From: a virus
Virus record (IMG/VR): IMGVR_UViG_3300048855_000042
Coordinates: 1-48,308 of that record
DNA: 48,308 nucleotides
Strand: one strand, 5' to 3'
Shown: in pieces, positions 40,313 to 48,308 of the stretch
How the letters are laid out: every line of letters begins with the position of its first letter
Position numbering within the stretch: the first letter of the stretch is position 1
The notes under the pieces: generated by a model
Told to the model about the DNA's origin: nothing
The model's input: only the letters and a program-made list of their open reading frames with translations
The model's database searches: none
Position numbers and translations under genes: made by a program

Positions 40313-41362
40313 TCAGGCGAAGGCGTAGACGCCGGAGCTGTTGCGCTGGTCGCAGACGAGGCCGCCGACGTAGGTGATCGCCCGGTAGTAGACGTATTTC
40401 TCGGGCGGCCGGGCCGGGTGATGGCGCTTCATCTTCTCGCCCTGCACGAACAGCGGCCGGATATGCTTGCTGTCGAGCAGATAGCAGCGCTTGGGCATGC
40501 CCAAACGATCGAGCGTCGGGTCGTAGGTGAAGACGATGCCGTTGTAGTCGAGATCGCCGATCGACACGTCCCCGCCACGGGCGAAGCCCGTCTGCGAGTA
40601 GTAACCATTGGCGCGGAACTCTTTGCGGAGCTCCCCGAGGAAGTCGGAACCGCAGAAAGCCGTGTCCGGCCGGGCCTGATACTTCGAGAGCTGGAGCACT
40701 TCGGCATCCAGGAAGTTGATCAGGTTCTGCTGCTTCGGATCCGTGCCGATCGTGATGTTCAGATTGGCACGGTTCTTCCACCACCAGTTGTCCGGCGCGG
40801 ACTGGTCGATGCCCCCGACGATGATGGCGGCGTTCGGATCGTCAACGATGAACGACTGGATGCCCGGGATGATCATCGGGTCGGTCGACCCGTCGTCCCA
40901 GTACATGTCGTTGAAGTTGATATCCATGCCCTCCGTCATCGACATGACCTTGTTCTCCAGCAGATTGGTCAGCTGGAGCATCTCGGCCTTGGAGTGGACG
41001 GTGTCGCCCTGGCCGGTGGTCGTGTCGAGGATCGAGATACCGTTGCGGATCAGCTCGTCAGCCGTGAAGCTGATGCCGCCATGGAGACGCTTGTACGGAT
41101 AGACGGCCGTCTTCACGTAGGCCGGGTTCTCGTAGGTGACGGTGCTGTCGCCAGCCCAGCCTTCGAGATAGTTGCCGAACTCGCCCTGGACGCGAACGGA
41201 GAGGAACTCCTTACCGCCCGGGAACGCCTTCTCCTTGCCGCGCAGCCAGTCAAGAAGAGGCTTCTTCATGACGGACTGTTTGTGGACTTCAGGCTTGTCG
41301 AGGTAGAAATCGAGAGTGGTGTTGACGAGGTTTTCCCAAACCTGCAGCGGGAAATCAGCCAT
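40313..41362 (-). CDS. Major capsid protein
   Basis: 349 aa, directly after the scaffold gene. Its composition and length are typical of podovirus HK97-fold capsid proteins. Confidence 0.85.
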   Translation of the reverse strand: MADFPLQVWENLVNTTLDFYLDKPEVHKQSVMKKPLLDWLRGKEKAFPGGKEFLSVRVQGEFGNYLEGWAGDSTVTYENPAYVKTAVYPYKRLHGGISFTADELIRNGISILDTTTGQGDTVHSKAEMLQLTNLLENKVMSMTEGMDINFNDMYWDDGSTDPMIIPGIQSFIVDDPNAAIIVGGIDQSAPDNWWWKNRANLNITIGTDPKQQNLINFLDAEVLQLSKYQARPDTAFCGSDFLGELRKEFRANGYYSQTGFARGGDVSIGDLDYNGIVFTYDPTLDRLGMPKRCYLLDSKHIRPLFVQGEKMKRHHPARPPEKYVYYRAITYVGGLVCDQRNSSGVYAFA

Positions 41363-41365
41363 TTG

Positions 41366-41386
41366 ACTTAGTCCGATCGACTAAGT
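41366..41386 (-). other. 8-bp stem-loop filling the scaffold-capsid intergenic spacer
   Basis: ACTTAGTC (41366-41373) / GACTAAGT (41379-41386). On the mRNA it ends 3 nt before the capsid AUG. No SD is visible. Confidence 0.6.
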
Positions 41387-41387
41387 G

Positions 41388-42410
41388 CTACCCGGCCGAG
41401 AGAACTCGGCTCAGAGCCTCTTCAAGCGTCTTCGGCTTGGGGGCAGCACTCGACGAAGCAGCTCCGGACTGAGGCGCCACAGCTCGAGGTGCAGGAACGA
41501 ATGCCTTCATCTCCTTATCGACGAAATCGCGAATGGCTTGCGCCCGCTTCACGGCTTCGTCGGGGGATGTAGGCGCCCCGTTCTTGTACAAATCGAGCTC
41601 GACGAGCTCTTGAACCCGTTTCTGCTTCAAACCGTAGTCGGGGTCGGACGCCTTCCACTGCCGGTCCCAAGCCGATACCGCATCGCCCACGGAGGCTGCC
41701 AAGGTTTGGACCGTCGTCCTTTCGACCAGCTGCCGGCTCTGCTGCTCTTGCAGCTGGGCCTTCTGCTCGACGTGCTGGCTACGGGCCCGTGTCTGGGCGA
41801 GTTCCAGCGCCGCGTCTTCGGTCAATTGGCCGAGGCGAACCCGTTCCTGGAGATCCTGTGGGACGACCATGCCGGTCATCCGCTGGAGCTCCTGAACGAT
41901 CGGCACGAGCGCCTCGACTGCCTTGAACGGATCATTGCGGACGAGCGCCGTGATCGTCATGGCAGCGTTGACGTCTTCCGCCGTCAGCGAATGCTGGTCG
42001 GCGAATGCCTTTATGTTCCGCCCGATCTCCGCGTCTGGTTTCAGCTCGTCGACTTCCCGACGTGCCGTCTCGACGTTTTCGATCAGACCCTTGATGCGCT
42101 TCCGTGTGCGCGAATGGTATTTGCTGAGCTCGTCATCGGTGACAGGCCCTAACGGTTCGTCGCCCTCTCCGTCTGCTTTCTCGCCTTTCGGCGAGCCTTC
42201 AGCTTCGGGGGCTTTGCCGTCGGGTTCCGTGCCCTGACCGCTCTCCGGGGTGGCCGACTTCCCGGTGTTGAGCACGCCCTCGACACGGTCGAGAAGCGTC
42301 TCTTGCGAGCCTTTTGGGGCGGCATCCCCTTGAGGAGCGCCGCTTTCCGGAATTTCTGTCGCCGGCGACGAGCCCGGCTGTGCGTCATCTTGCGGCGATG
42401 AGCCCGCCAT
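41388..42410 (-). CDS. Scaffolding protein
   Basis: 340 aa, acidic, helical, between portal and capsid. Confidence 0.75.
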   Translation of the reverse strand: MAGSSPQDDAQPGSSPATEIPESGAPQGDAAPKGSQETLLDRVEGVLNTGKSATPESGQGTEPDGKAPEAEGSPKGEKADGEGDEPLGPVTDDELSKYHSRTRKRIKGLIENVETARREVDELKPDAEIGRNIKAFADQHSLTAEDVNAAMTITALVRNDPFKAVEALVPIVQELQRMTGMVVPQDLQERVRLGQLTEDAALELAQTRARSQHVEQKAQLQEQQSRQLVERTTVQTLAASVGDAVSAWDRQWKASDPDYGLKQKRVQELVELDLYKNGAPTSPDEAVKRAQAIRDFVDKEMKAFVPAPRAVAPQSGAASSSAAPKPKTLEEALSRVLSAG

Positions 42411-42457
42411 ACATCCTCCTGCGCCTGCGGCGCGGCGAAACAGATGTTCCGGGCGTT

Positions 42458-42487
42458 ATAGTCGCAAAAGACGACAAAGACGTCAAG
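42458..42487 (-). promoter_or_regulatory. Internal sigma70-type promoter ahead of scaffold/capsid
   Basis: Minus strand: CTTGAC (42487-42482, overlapping the portal stop), 18 nt, GACTAT (42463-42458). It contains ATAGTCGCAAAAG, a variant of the shared operator-like motif. Confidence 0.45.
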
Positions 42488-44672
42488 CCTGAACGAGCGG
42501 TTGGCCGCCTATAGGTGCCTGAGCGGCCGGAAATGCCGGAACGCCGGGCCCGTTTTGCACGTCCGGGCCGGTCGGCGCGTTCTGGCCGCCCTGGCCACCC
42601 TGCATGTTCGGGTCCGTCGCCGGGTCGCCCGTCGGCAGCGCCGGCGGCTTCGAGGCTGCCGCGTTCATCGCCGAGATCGAGGGCAGCCCCTCGACATAGA
42701 AGTCGTCGAAGTCCTCGCCGAGGATATCGGCCGCCTTCCGGGCGATATTGGCCGGTTTGACCCCGGGAACTTGGATGATGAGCGGCGTCAGCTGCTGCAG
42801 AACCGCCATCTCCTGTGCCTGGTTCGGCCGCCCGGTCGAGCCGGCACGGATGTCGAGATAGAGCGACTTGACCACCTGCTCGCGCGTCGGCGGCAATTCC
42901 GGCCAGACCGCGCCGGGCCCGACGATCTCGATCACCTGCTCCTTGTGCATCTCCATCAAAAAGAGCTCGCCGAGCGCGCGGGCGAGCTGCGTCAGCGCGT
43001 CGTCCAGGTCATCGACGTTGTCGGCGATCGTCGAGCCGCGCGACTGTTCACCGATGGCGGCCTCGGTCGCCGTCCCCTTGCTGGTGCCGCCGAGGTTCGC
43101 CTCCTGCGAGCCGACCGTGCGCATGATGTCGCTGAGCGCGTCCTCGACCATGTACTGGTTCGGGTCGATGCCCACCATGGGCATGCGCTGAATGAGCTTC
43201 CCGACATCGTCACCAGGCGCGAGCCCCTTCAGCGCCAGGATCGCGCTGGACGGATGGCTCGACAGCTTCTGGAGGTCCGTGTCCTCCAGGCGACCTTTGG
43301 GGGTGACGTATTTCGGCCGGTTGGCCTGGCGGTGCTCACGCAGCCCTTGGCGCGACCGGTTATAGTCCTGCTGTGGATGGCGGATCAGCCAGACGTCGGA
43401 CGGCGGATAGAGCTGCTTGTCGTTCTCCACCTCGTTGAAGACGACGCAGAACAGGTCGTAGAAGCGCTTCAGCTTCACGTCGGGCGCGGCCGGCGGCTTC
43501 AGATAGTTCGGGTAGCCGTCGCAGATAGTGAAGACCTGCTGCGTGCGCTTATCCCAAACTTCCCAGAGCTTGGCGCAACCCTGCGTGTCGGGCGTGGCCT
43601 CTTTCCCGGGGGCGGCCGTCACCGCGCCAGCGCCGTCCGGCTGGTATGTCGTGAAAGCCGTGCCGACGTCGACCTGATAGTCCTCGTAGATCTCCTTCGG
43701 CGTCTTGTCGTACTCGTAGGCCACGAAATTGGCACCGCGCAGCGTCTTCAGATGCTTGCAGTTGCGATCGATGATGACCTGTTTCGGCCCGGGGAACGCC
43801 AGAACCGCCCCCTCGGAGACAATGACGTCCTTCGGCTCCTGGAGCTCCGACTGCATGTTCTGCAGCTCGGCGGCGGTCGCACTGTCAGGCGACGCGTCAC
43901 CGTCGGCGACCTCCTTCGCGTCGGCCTGCATTGCGGCGGTGCGCGTCGTCAAATCCGGCGCCATCTCGTCGCTCATCGGCGACGGCTGCATGACGCGCTG
44001 GAACTGCAGACGGATATAACCGACGCCGACGGTCTTCGTGCGGCGCACAACGGCCTTGAGCTCTTCCTTGTAGCAGGCCGCCTCGTCGTGGAGCGTCTCG
44101 TCGACCAGGATCTCGAGCGTTTTGCCCATCCGGTCGATCATGCGCATGTATTCCTGCGCCGCTGCCACCTCCTCGAGGAGCGCAATCGCCTGTGGATCGC
44201 CCTGCGCCGGCATGCCCGTCATGGGGTCGATCATCGGCGCGCCGGTCATCGGGTCGACTGGCGGTTGCGCGGCGTGCAGCGCCTGCTCCAGCGACGTTGG
44301 ATCGCCGTCCCAGATCTGGTAGAGCAGCTTCTTCTTGCGCTTCGCCACGACCGTCGGGTTCTTGGCGTAGAGCGCCGAGACGACGGTGTTGATGTGCCGG
44401 TTGGCGACCGGGACGGTGTATAGGTTTTCCTCGACCCATGCCTTGTCGGCGCCTTCGGCGGCGATCTGCATGCAGTAATCCATGCGCTTGAAGGCAGGCT
44501 CATGAAAGGCCTTCTCCTTCCGGAGGCGCTCGCTCCAACGCCGGATGAGCGCCTGCTGCGCCGGGTCAGCCTCCTGACCGTCGGATGGCGCGCCACCGGT
44601 GGGCAGCGAACCGTATTCGTTGCCACCCTCGACCTTGTCGAGCCCGACCTCCCATTCGACGTTTCCGGGCAT
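42483..44672 (-). CDS. Portal protein
   Basis: ORF-track 42483..44741 trimmed to ATG 44672 (TGATG overlap with the terL stop). 729 aa, in the standard position. Confidence 0.85.
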   Translation of the reverse strand: MPGNVEWEVGLDKVEGGNEYGSLPTGGAPSDGQEADPAQQALIRRWSERLRKEKAFHEPAFKRMDYCMQIAAEGADKAWVEENLYTVPVANRHINTVVSALYAKNPTVVAKRKKKLLYQIWDGDPTSLEQALHAAQPPVDPMTGAPMIDPMTGMPAQGDPQAIALLEEVAAAQEYMRMIDRMGKTLEILVDETLHDEAACYKEELKAVVRRTKTVGVGYIRLQFQRVMQPSPMSDEMAPDLTTRTAAMQADAKEVADGDASPDSATAAELQNMQSELQEPKDVIVSEGAVLAFPGPKQVIIDRNCKHLKTLRGANFVAYEYDKTPKEIYEDYQVDVGTAFTTYQPDGAGAVTAAPGKEATPDTQGCAKLWEVWDKRTQQVFTICDGYPNYLKPPAAPDVKLKRFYDLFCVVFNEVENDKQLYPPSDVWLIRHPQQDYNRSRQGLREHRQANRPKYVTPKGRLEDTDLQKLSSHPSSAILALKGLAPGDDVGKLIQRMPMVGIDPNQYMVEDALSDIMRTVGSQEANLGGTSKGTATEAAIGEQSRGSTIADNVDDLDDALTQLARALGELFLMEMHKEQVIEIVGPGAVWPELPPTREQVVKSLYLDIRAGSTGRPNQAQEMAVLQQLTPLIIQVPGVKPANIARKAADILGEDFDDFYVEGLPSISAMNAAASKPPALPTGDPATDPNMQGGQGGQNAPTGPDVQNGPGVPAFPAAQAPIGGQPLVQA

Positions 44673-46312
44673 CACCAACCTCTGCTTCCCTGGCGCGCCT
44701 TCTCGGCCGCCTCTTGCGCCTGCACAGTGCGAAACAGCCATCCAACCGTTCCGACAGCCGGCCCGTCATCGTTTGCGGCCGTGATCGTGCCTTCACTCGG
44801 CCCGGTCTGCTTGAAGAGCCCGAGGCCGATGTAGGCGAGCCAATCGACGAAGTCGTCGTGCGTCCCGGCGTCGAACTTGAGGAGTTGGTCCTTGGCATCG
44901 CGCCACCACGGCGCGAAGGCCGGGAAATGCACCTTCCGCATCCGCATGCGACCCTGGATGGCCCGGGCGCGCTTGCGCTTGTCCGACGACGGCGTCACGG
45001 GGTCGATGACGGTATAGATATTCTCTTTCTGCATCCGGACGCGCAGGAACGGGCCGAAGGACTTCGAGATGTTCTCGCTCTCCATCCACCAGAGCAGCGG
45101 CTGATGGCGCTTGATCTGGTTCAGGATCTCCTCGACCTGATCATCCGTCTCCAGGCGGTCCATGCAGACGTCGGGCATCACCCAAATGTCGTCGTTGCTG
45201 TCGACCCCGACGCAGCCGATGACGGAGAAGTCGTTGCGCTGCTTCGTGCCGACGGCGTGGTCGGACGCGCCGTACTTCTCGAGCCGCTCCGGGAGCTCCG
45301 ACATCTCATGATATTCGACGATGCTCGCGGCCTTGAAATAGTCGCCGTCCTCGGGCGTCGGCTTGCCCATGTAAAGGGCGCCGAAGACCCGCTCGTCGTT
45401 CATCTTGGCCTCGGCGAGCAGCCGGAGGTCCTTCATGGTCGGCGAGAGCGCGGCGATCGGCTTCGAGCCGAACATCGACACGACGAGCTTGTCCGTCTGC
45501 GGCTCGAGCGTCAGGCCAAGCGCCTGCGCGAGGCTCGGGTCGTCGACGACGGCCGGCAGATTGTAATAGTCCCAGAGGTCGGAGATACCCTTGTATCGGC
45601 GGTTGCGCTCCGGGTGATCGGGGTCGCATAGGCGGCCAATCAAATCGTCCTGGTGCCAACGGGTGTGCACGACGATCATCCGGAAGCCCGTCCTGGCGCG
45701 CGAAAAGGCGACGCCGGTGAACCATTTCCAGATCTTCTCGCGATAGCTCTCCGACCGGGCGTCCTCGTCGTTCCGCATCGGGTCGTCGATGATGAAAATG
45801 TCCGCCGGCTTACCCGTGCCGGAGCCGCCGACGCCGACGAAGGAGAGCTTGCCGCCCCTCGTCGTGATGAGCTGATCGGCCGCCGCCTTGCGCAGCTCGT
45901 GCTCGGGGAACACCTGGTGGTGCACGGGGCTCTCGGCGATGTTCTTGACGTCGTCGCCGAAGTCGTTGGCGAAGTCCTGGTTGTAGGCGCCGACCATGAC
46001 GTTCAGGCGCGGGTCGTTGCCGGACATCCAGGACGGCCCGGCGCGTGTCAGGATCTGGCTCTTGCCGTGCTGAGGCCCGATCGAGACCGCCACGCGATCC
46101 TTTTCGCCGCGGTAGACCTTCTGCACGATCTGGCAGAGCATGCGCGCCTGCGGCGTGATCTCGTAGAGCGACTTCGTCACGTCGTCCGGATCTTCCGGGT
46201 GCGGCATCGTCAGCCGCATGTAGGTCAGGAGGTCCTCGCGCGCCTCGGCGAGCGCCAGCTGGCGCCGCGTCGCCTTGAGGAGTTCCTCTTTGATGCGGAT
46301 TTCGTCGCTCAT
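44672..46312 (-). CDS. terL: Terminase large subunit
   Basis: ORF-track 44672..46705 trimmed to ATG 46312 (ATGA overlap with the upstream stop). Walker A VSIGPQHGKSQ. IFIIDDP, VHTRWHQDD, and a nuclease half with DHAVG... Confidence 0.92.
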   Translation of the reverse strand: MSDEIRIKEELLKATRRQLALAEAREDLLTYMRLTMPHPEDPDDVTKSLYEITPQARMLCQIVQKVYRGEKDRVAVSIGPQHGKSQILTRAGPSWMSGNDPRLNVMVGAYNQDFANDFGDDVKNIAESPVHHQVFPEHELRKAAADQLITTRGGKLSFVGVGGSGTGKPADIFIIDDPMRNDEDARSESYREKIWKWFTGVAFSRARTGFRMIVVHTRWHQDDLIGRLCDPDHPERNRRYKGISDLWDYYNLPAVVDDPSLAQALGLTLEPQTDKLVVSMFGSKPIAALSPTMKDLRLLAEAKMNDERVFGALYMGKPTPEDGDYFKAASIVEYHEMSELPERLEKYGASDHAVGTKQRNDFSVIGCVGVDSNDDIWVMPDVCMDRLETDDQVEEILNQIKRHQPLLWWMESENISKSFGPFLRVRMQKENIYTVIDPVTPSSDKRKRARAIQGRMRMRKVHFPAFAPWWRDAKDQLLKFDAGTHDDFVDWLAYIGLGLFKQTGPSEGTITAANDDGPAVGTVGWLFRTVQAQEAAEKARQGSRGW

Positions 46313-46629
46313 ATGCCGAACCACTCGCGCATCTTCGACCACGCCATGGCGCCAATGCCGCCGGCGGCGAGCGTGACGAGCAGCGCTCCACCGACGGCGC
46401 GCTGCTCGTATTTCTCGACCCGCTCGTTGACCTCCTCGCCTGCCTGGATGCGCTTCTCGTGATCGGCCGAGCGCTCCTCGACCTTGACCATCCGTTCGGC
46501 CATGGTGTCGAGCTTGTCGTCGATGCGCGCGACGGTTCTCTTGACACCGCTCATGTCCGCCGTGAGCGCGCCGAGCTTCGTGAGGATTTCGTCGAGTTGG
46601 GTTCGTTCCGGCTGGGGCATCGTCGCCAT
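46309..46629 (-). CDS. Coiled-coil protein with C-terminal TM anchor, 106 aa, translationally coupled to terL
   Basis: MATMPQPERTQLDEIL...GGALLVTLAAGGIGAMAWSKM. The first 9 codons lie in the 85-bp repeat. Confidence 0.65.
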   Translation of the reverse strand: MATMPQPERTQLDEILTKLGALTADMSGVKRTVARIDDKLDTMAERMVKVEERSADHEKRIQAGEEVNERVEKYEQRAVGGALLVTLAAGGIGAMAWSKMREWFGI

Positions 46630-46687
46630 TGCGCTCGAGGCCGGTGGCGAGCCGAAAATCTGCCGAAAGTCGGTAAAGCATATAACG
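46603..46687. repeat. 85-bp direct repeat, copy B (partner 3457-3541)
   Basis: See copy A. Confidence 0.95.
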
Positions 46688-46820
46688 CGCGGCTGGGTAA
46701 TTCAATAGCCGAAGCCGAGCAAAGGGCGACCTGGACGGTTCGTCGAGAAGGGCGGCTTATTGACAGGGCGTGCTTATTGGGCGATGCCCCAGAGACCGCC
46801 TGTCACTGGGGAGTGAGACA

Positions 46821-47597
46821 GTGGGATTCATCTCGAAGATTGCCAGTTTGCTTTCAGACCGCTCGCGGACCCCTAGGACCGCGCCAATCGATAAAAACCT
46901 GATTTTCGATATCGGCCTCAACACGGGACAAGACGCCGAGTTCTATCTGAAGAAGGGCTTTCGGGTTGTTGCTGTGGAAGCAAACCCAGCCATTGCTGAA
47001 AAAGCTCAGGAACGGCTCGCGCACTTTGGACCACAGCTCAGGATCGTGAAACGCGGCATCGGGCCGAATGACGGAGTTCTTCCGTTTTACGTGAGCCGCC
47101 GACACCACGAGCAGAGCACCTTCCTCAAAGAATACACTGAGGGGTGGGATCTTGGTTATGACGAGATCCAGGTACCTGTTGGGAGCGTCATCCCCATTAT
47201 CGCTGAATTCGGCACGCCCTATTATATGAAGATCGACATCGAGGCGTGGGACATGGTCGTCCTGAGCCAGCTGAAGGAAACCGATTACCGGCCCACCTTC
47301 ATCTCTGTTGAGACAGGGCCAACAACTGATTGGGTCGACGCCCTGGAAGGCCTTGGATACACGGGGTTCAAATTAGTGAACCAATCGAAAAACCCTGAGA
47401 TGACGCCGCCCAAGCCCGCGAAGGAGGGCCAATACACCCAGCACGTTTTTGAGTGGGGGACGAGCGGCCTATTCGGGGACGAGATCCCCGGCGAGTGGCG
47501 GACTTCCGACGTGGTGCGCCGGCAATGGCGGGCCCACATCGACGCCGGTTTCCCGGAGGGGCTATGGTTCGATATTCACGCTCGCTGGCCAAAATAA
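46821..47597 (+). CDS. FkbM-family methyltransferase (moron, opposite strand)
   Basis: ORF-track 46770 trimmed to GTG 46821, with GGAG upstream. IFDIGLNTGQDAEFYLKKGFRVVAVEANP...YYMKIDIEAWDMVVL. Many A/T-ending codons, unlike the neighbouring genes. Confidence 0.8.
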   Translation: MGFISKIASLLSDRSRTPRTAPIDKNLIFDIGLNTGQDAEFYLKKGFRVVAVEANPAIAEKAQERLAHFGPQLRIVKRGIGPNDGVLPFYVSRRHHEQSTFLKEYTEGWDLGYDEIQVPVGSVIPIIAEFGTPYYMKIDIEAWDMVVLSQLKETDYRPTFISVETGPTTDWVDALEGLGYTGFKLVNQSKNPEMTPPKPAKEGQYTQHVFEWGTSGLFGDEIPGEWRTSDVVRRQWRAHIDAGFPEGLWFDIHARWPK

Positions 47598-47606
47598 CAG
47601 ACGCCG

Positions 47607-48308
47607 CTACCCCACAAGGCGGCCTGTGAATCTGGATACGGGCGACAAGCTGATCGTCTTGGCGCCCCCGTAAACGGCGAGGTCGATCTCAATGAAATCG
47701 TCGGCGGCCAGGTAGACGTTGAGACTTCCTTGGACGACCGTCTGTGAAGCGTTATCCTGGCTATCCCACACGTTGCCAGACCACGCGTTATAGAAGACGG
47801 GGGCGGCTGGGTTTCGCCTGAAGAACGCGAGCGCCTTCGTGTGCCCAGCGGCCATACCGGTCAGGATCAAGCTGAAATCGAACTGATAGGTCCCGGCGAT
47901 CGGCGCCGTGAACGTGCCGTTGGACTGGGTGAAAGCGTTCGCTGTGTCCCGAACGACGGTCCACCCCGGGTTTATACGGTAGACCGTACCGTCGCCCGTG
48001 ACGTTCGTGCCCGTCACAGTCGCCTCGAACACAACTCCCTCGGCCTGCACCGTCGTGTGCGCGCCCACGCGGCCGATGCGGCGGGTTGCCCCCGAGACCA
48101 CGTTCCCACTGATGCTGTTGAAATCCGACGTGCCCGTTTCCGAGATACCAGTCCCCATGCCCCATTCAGACAGAACCCTGTTCCCTGACACGGCGATGCG
48201 CTGCGAGTTGGCGAGCACGATACCGTCGAAATTGTTAGGCTGGCTCTTGCTCGACCCGGAGACGATATTCCCGGCTATGGTGCAATCCGCGCTTCCCTCT
48301 TGGAGAAC
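47607..48308 (-). CDS. Tailspike / tail fibre 2, 3' part (C1q/TNF-like C-terminal domain); 48182-48308 duplicates 1-127
   Basis: In frame with 1..1759. C-terminus GTFTAPIAGTYQFDFSLILTG...LAADDFIEIDL...SRFTGRLVG follows the C1q-domain pattern. Confidence 0.85.
   Translation of the reverse strand, partial: VLQEGSADCTIAGNIVSGSSKSQPNNFDGIVLANSQRIAVSGNRVLSEWGMGTGISETGTSDFNSISGNVVSGATRRIGRVGAHTTVQAEGVVFEATVTGTNVTGDGTVYRINPGWTVVRDTANAFTQSNGTFTAPIAGTYQFDFSLILTGMAAGHTKALAFFRRNPAAPVFYNAWSGNVWDSQDNASQTVVQGSLNVYLAADDFIEIDLAVYGGAKTISLSPVSRFTGRLVG
48182..48308. repeat. Terminal overlap, copy 2
   Basis: Identical to 1-127. Confidence 0.95.

Noticed and set aside
44672-46705. N-terminal extensions given by the ORF track for terL (to 46705), portal (to 44741), the 956-aa protein (to 33565), int (to 26716), and several small genes.
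   Set aside because: The extensions are Arg-rich and overlap the preceding real gene in another frame. Internal ATG/GTG starts with SD or ATGA/GTGA/TGATG coupling fit much better.

Overview
This window is the complete genome of a high-G+C temperate, podovirus-like phage. Bases 1-127 recur exactly at 48182-48308 inside one continuous ORF. The unique sequence is therefore a 48,181-bp circle, or a circularly permuted / terminally redundant unit; 127 nt also looks like an assembler k-mer overlap. There are about 75 genes, very little non-coding DNA, and many ATGA/GTGA/TGATG start-stop overlaps.
Modules:
(1) Minus-strand late block 46629->27271: 106-aa membrane protein, TerL, portal, scaffold, major capsid, adaptor-like and nozzle-like proteins, a GNAT-fold-like protein, four internal-virion-type proteins (largest 956 aa), a GH24 endolysin with an overlapped spanin pair, a fibre-like 411-aa protein and an SLT transglycosylase. 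This is a T7-like virion gene order, but there is no phage RNA polymerase.
(2) Lysogeny module 27199->25053: XRE repressor without a peptidase domain, Xis-like HTH, tyrosine integrase, arm-type repeats, and a complete tRNA-Glu(CUC).
(3) Plus-strand replication/recombination block 13825-25051: small HTH, RuvC-like resolvase, TerB-domain protein, SNF2 helicase, DUF2800-type PD-(D/E)XK nuclease, DUF2815-type SSB-like protein, GapR-like (DUF2312) protein, C5 DNA methyltransferase, family A DNA polymerase.
(4) Minus-strand accessory operon 13712->9767, which includes a Tat-exported protein and an antisense DUF982-like gene, followed by a prim-pol/helicase at 9618->7531.
(5) Plus-strand early block 5098-7419: small membrane peptides, a Cys-rich protein and a lipoprotein.
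(6) A terS-like gene (4933->4394). It is separated from terL by a ~5-kb host-range cassette bracketed by 85-bp direct repeats. The cassette holds a collar-domain tail fibre, a beta-helix tailspike with a C1q-like tip, and a low-GC FkbM methyltransferase.
The GapR-like and DUF982-like genes and the CTTGAC-N17-CTATAG promoters point to an alphaproteobacterial host.
I did not recognise a single obvious defence or anti-defence operon. The most unusual signals are:
- an orientation-locked 22-bp intergenic motif;
- a shared ATAGTCGTTAAA operator-like site;
- a CGTTAC iteron cluster;
- a methyltransferase gene whose motifs are split over two reading frames;
- the repeat-bracketed host-range cassette;
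- an endolysin with a C-terminal membrane anchor.
All functional names come from motif recognition by eye, not from database searches.
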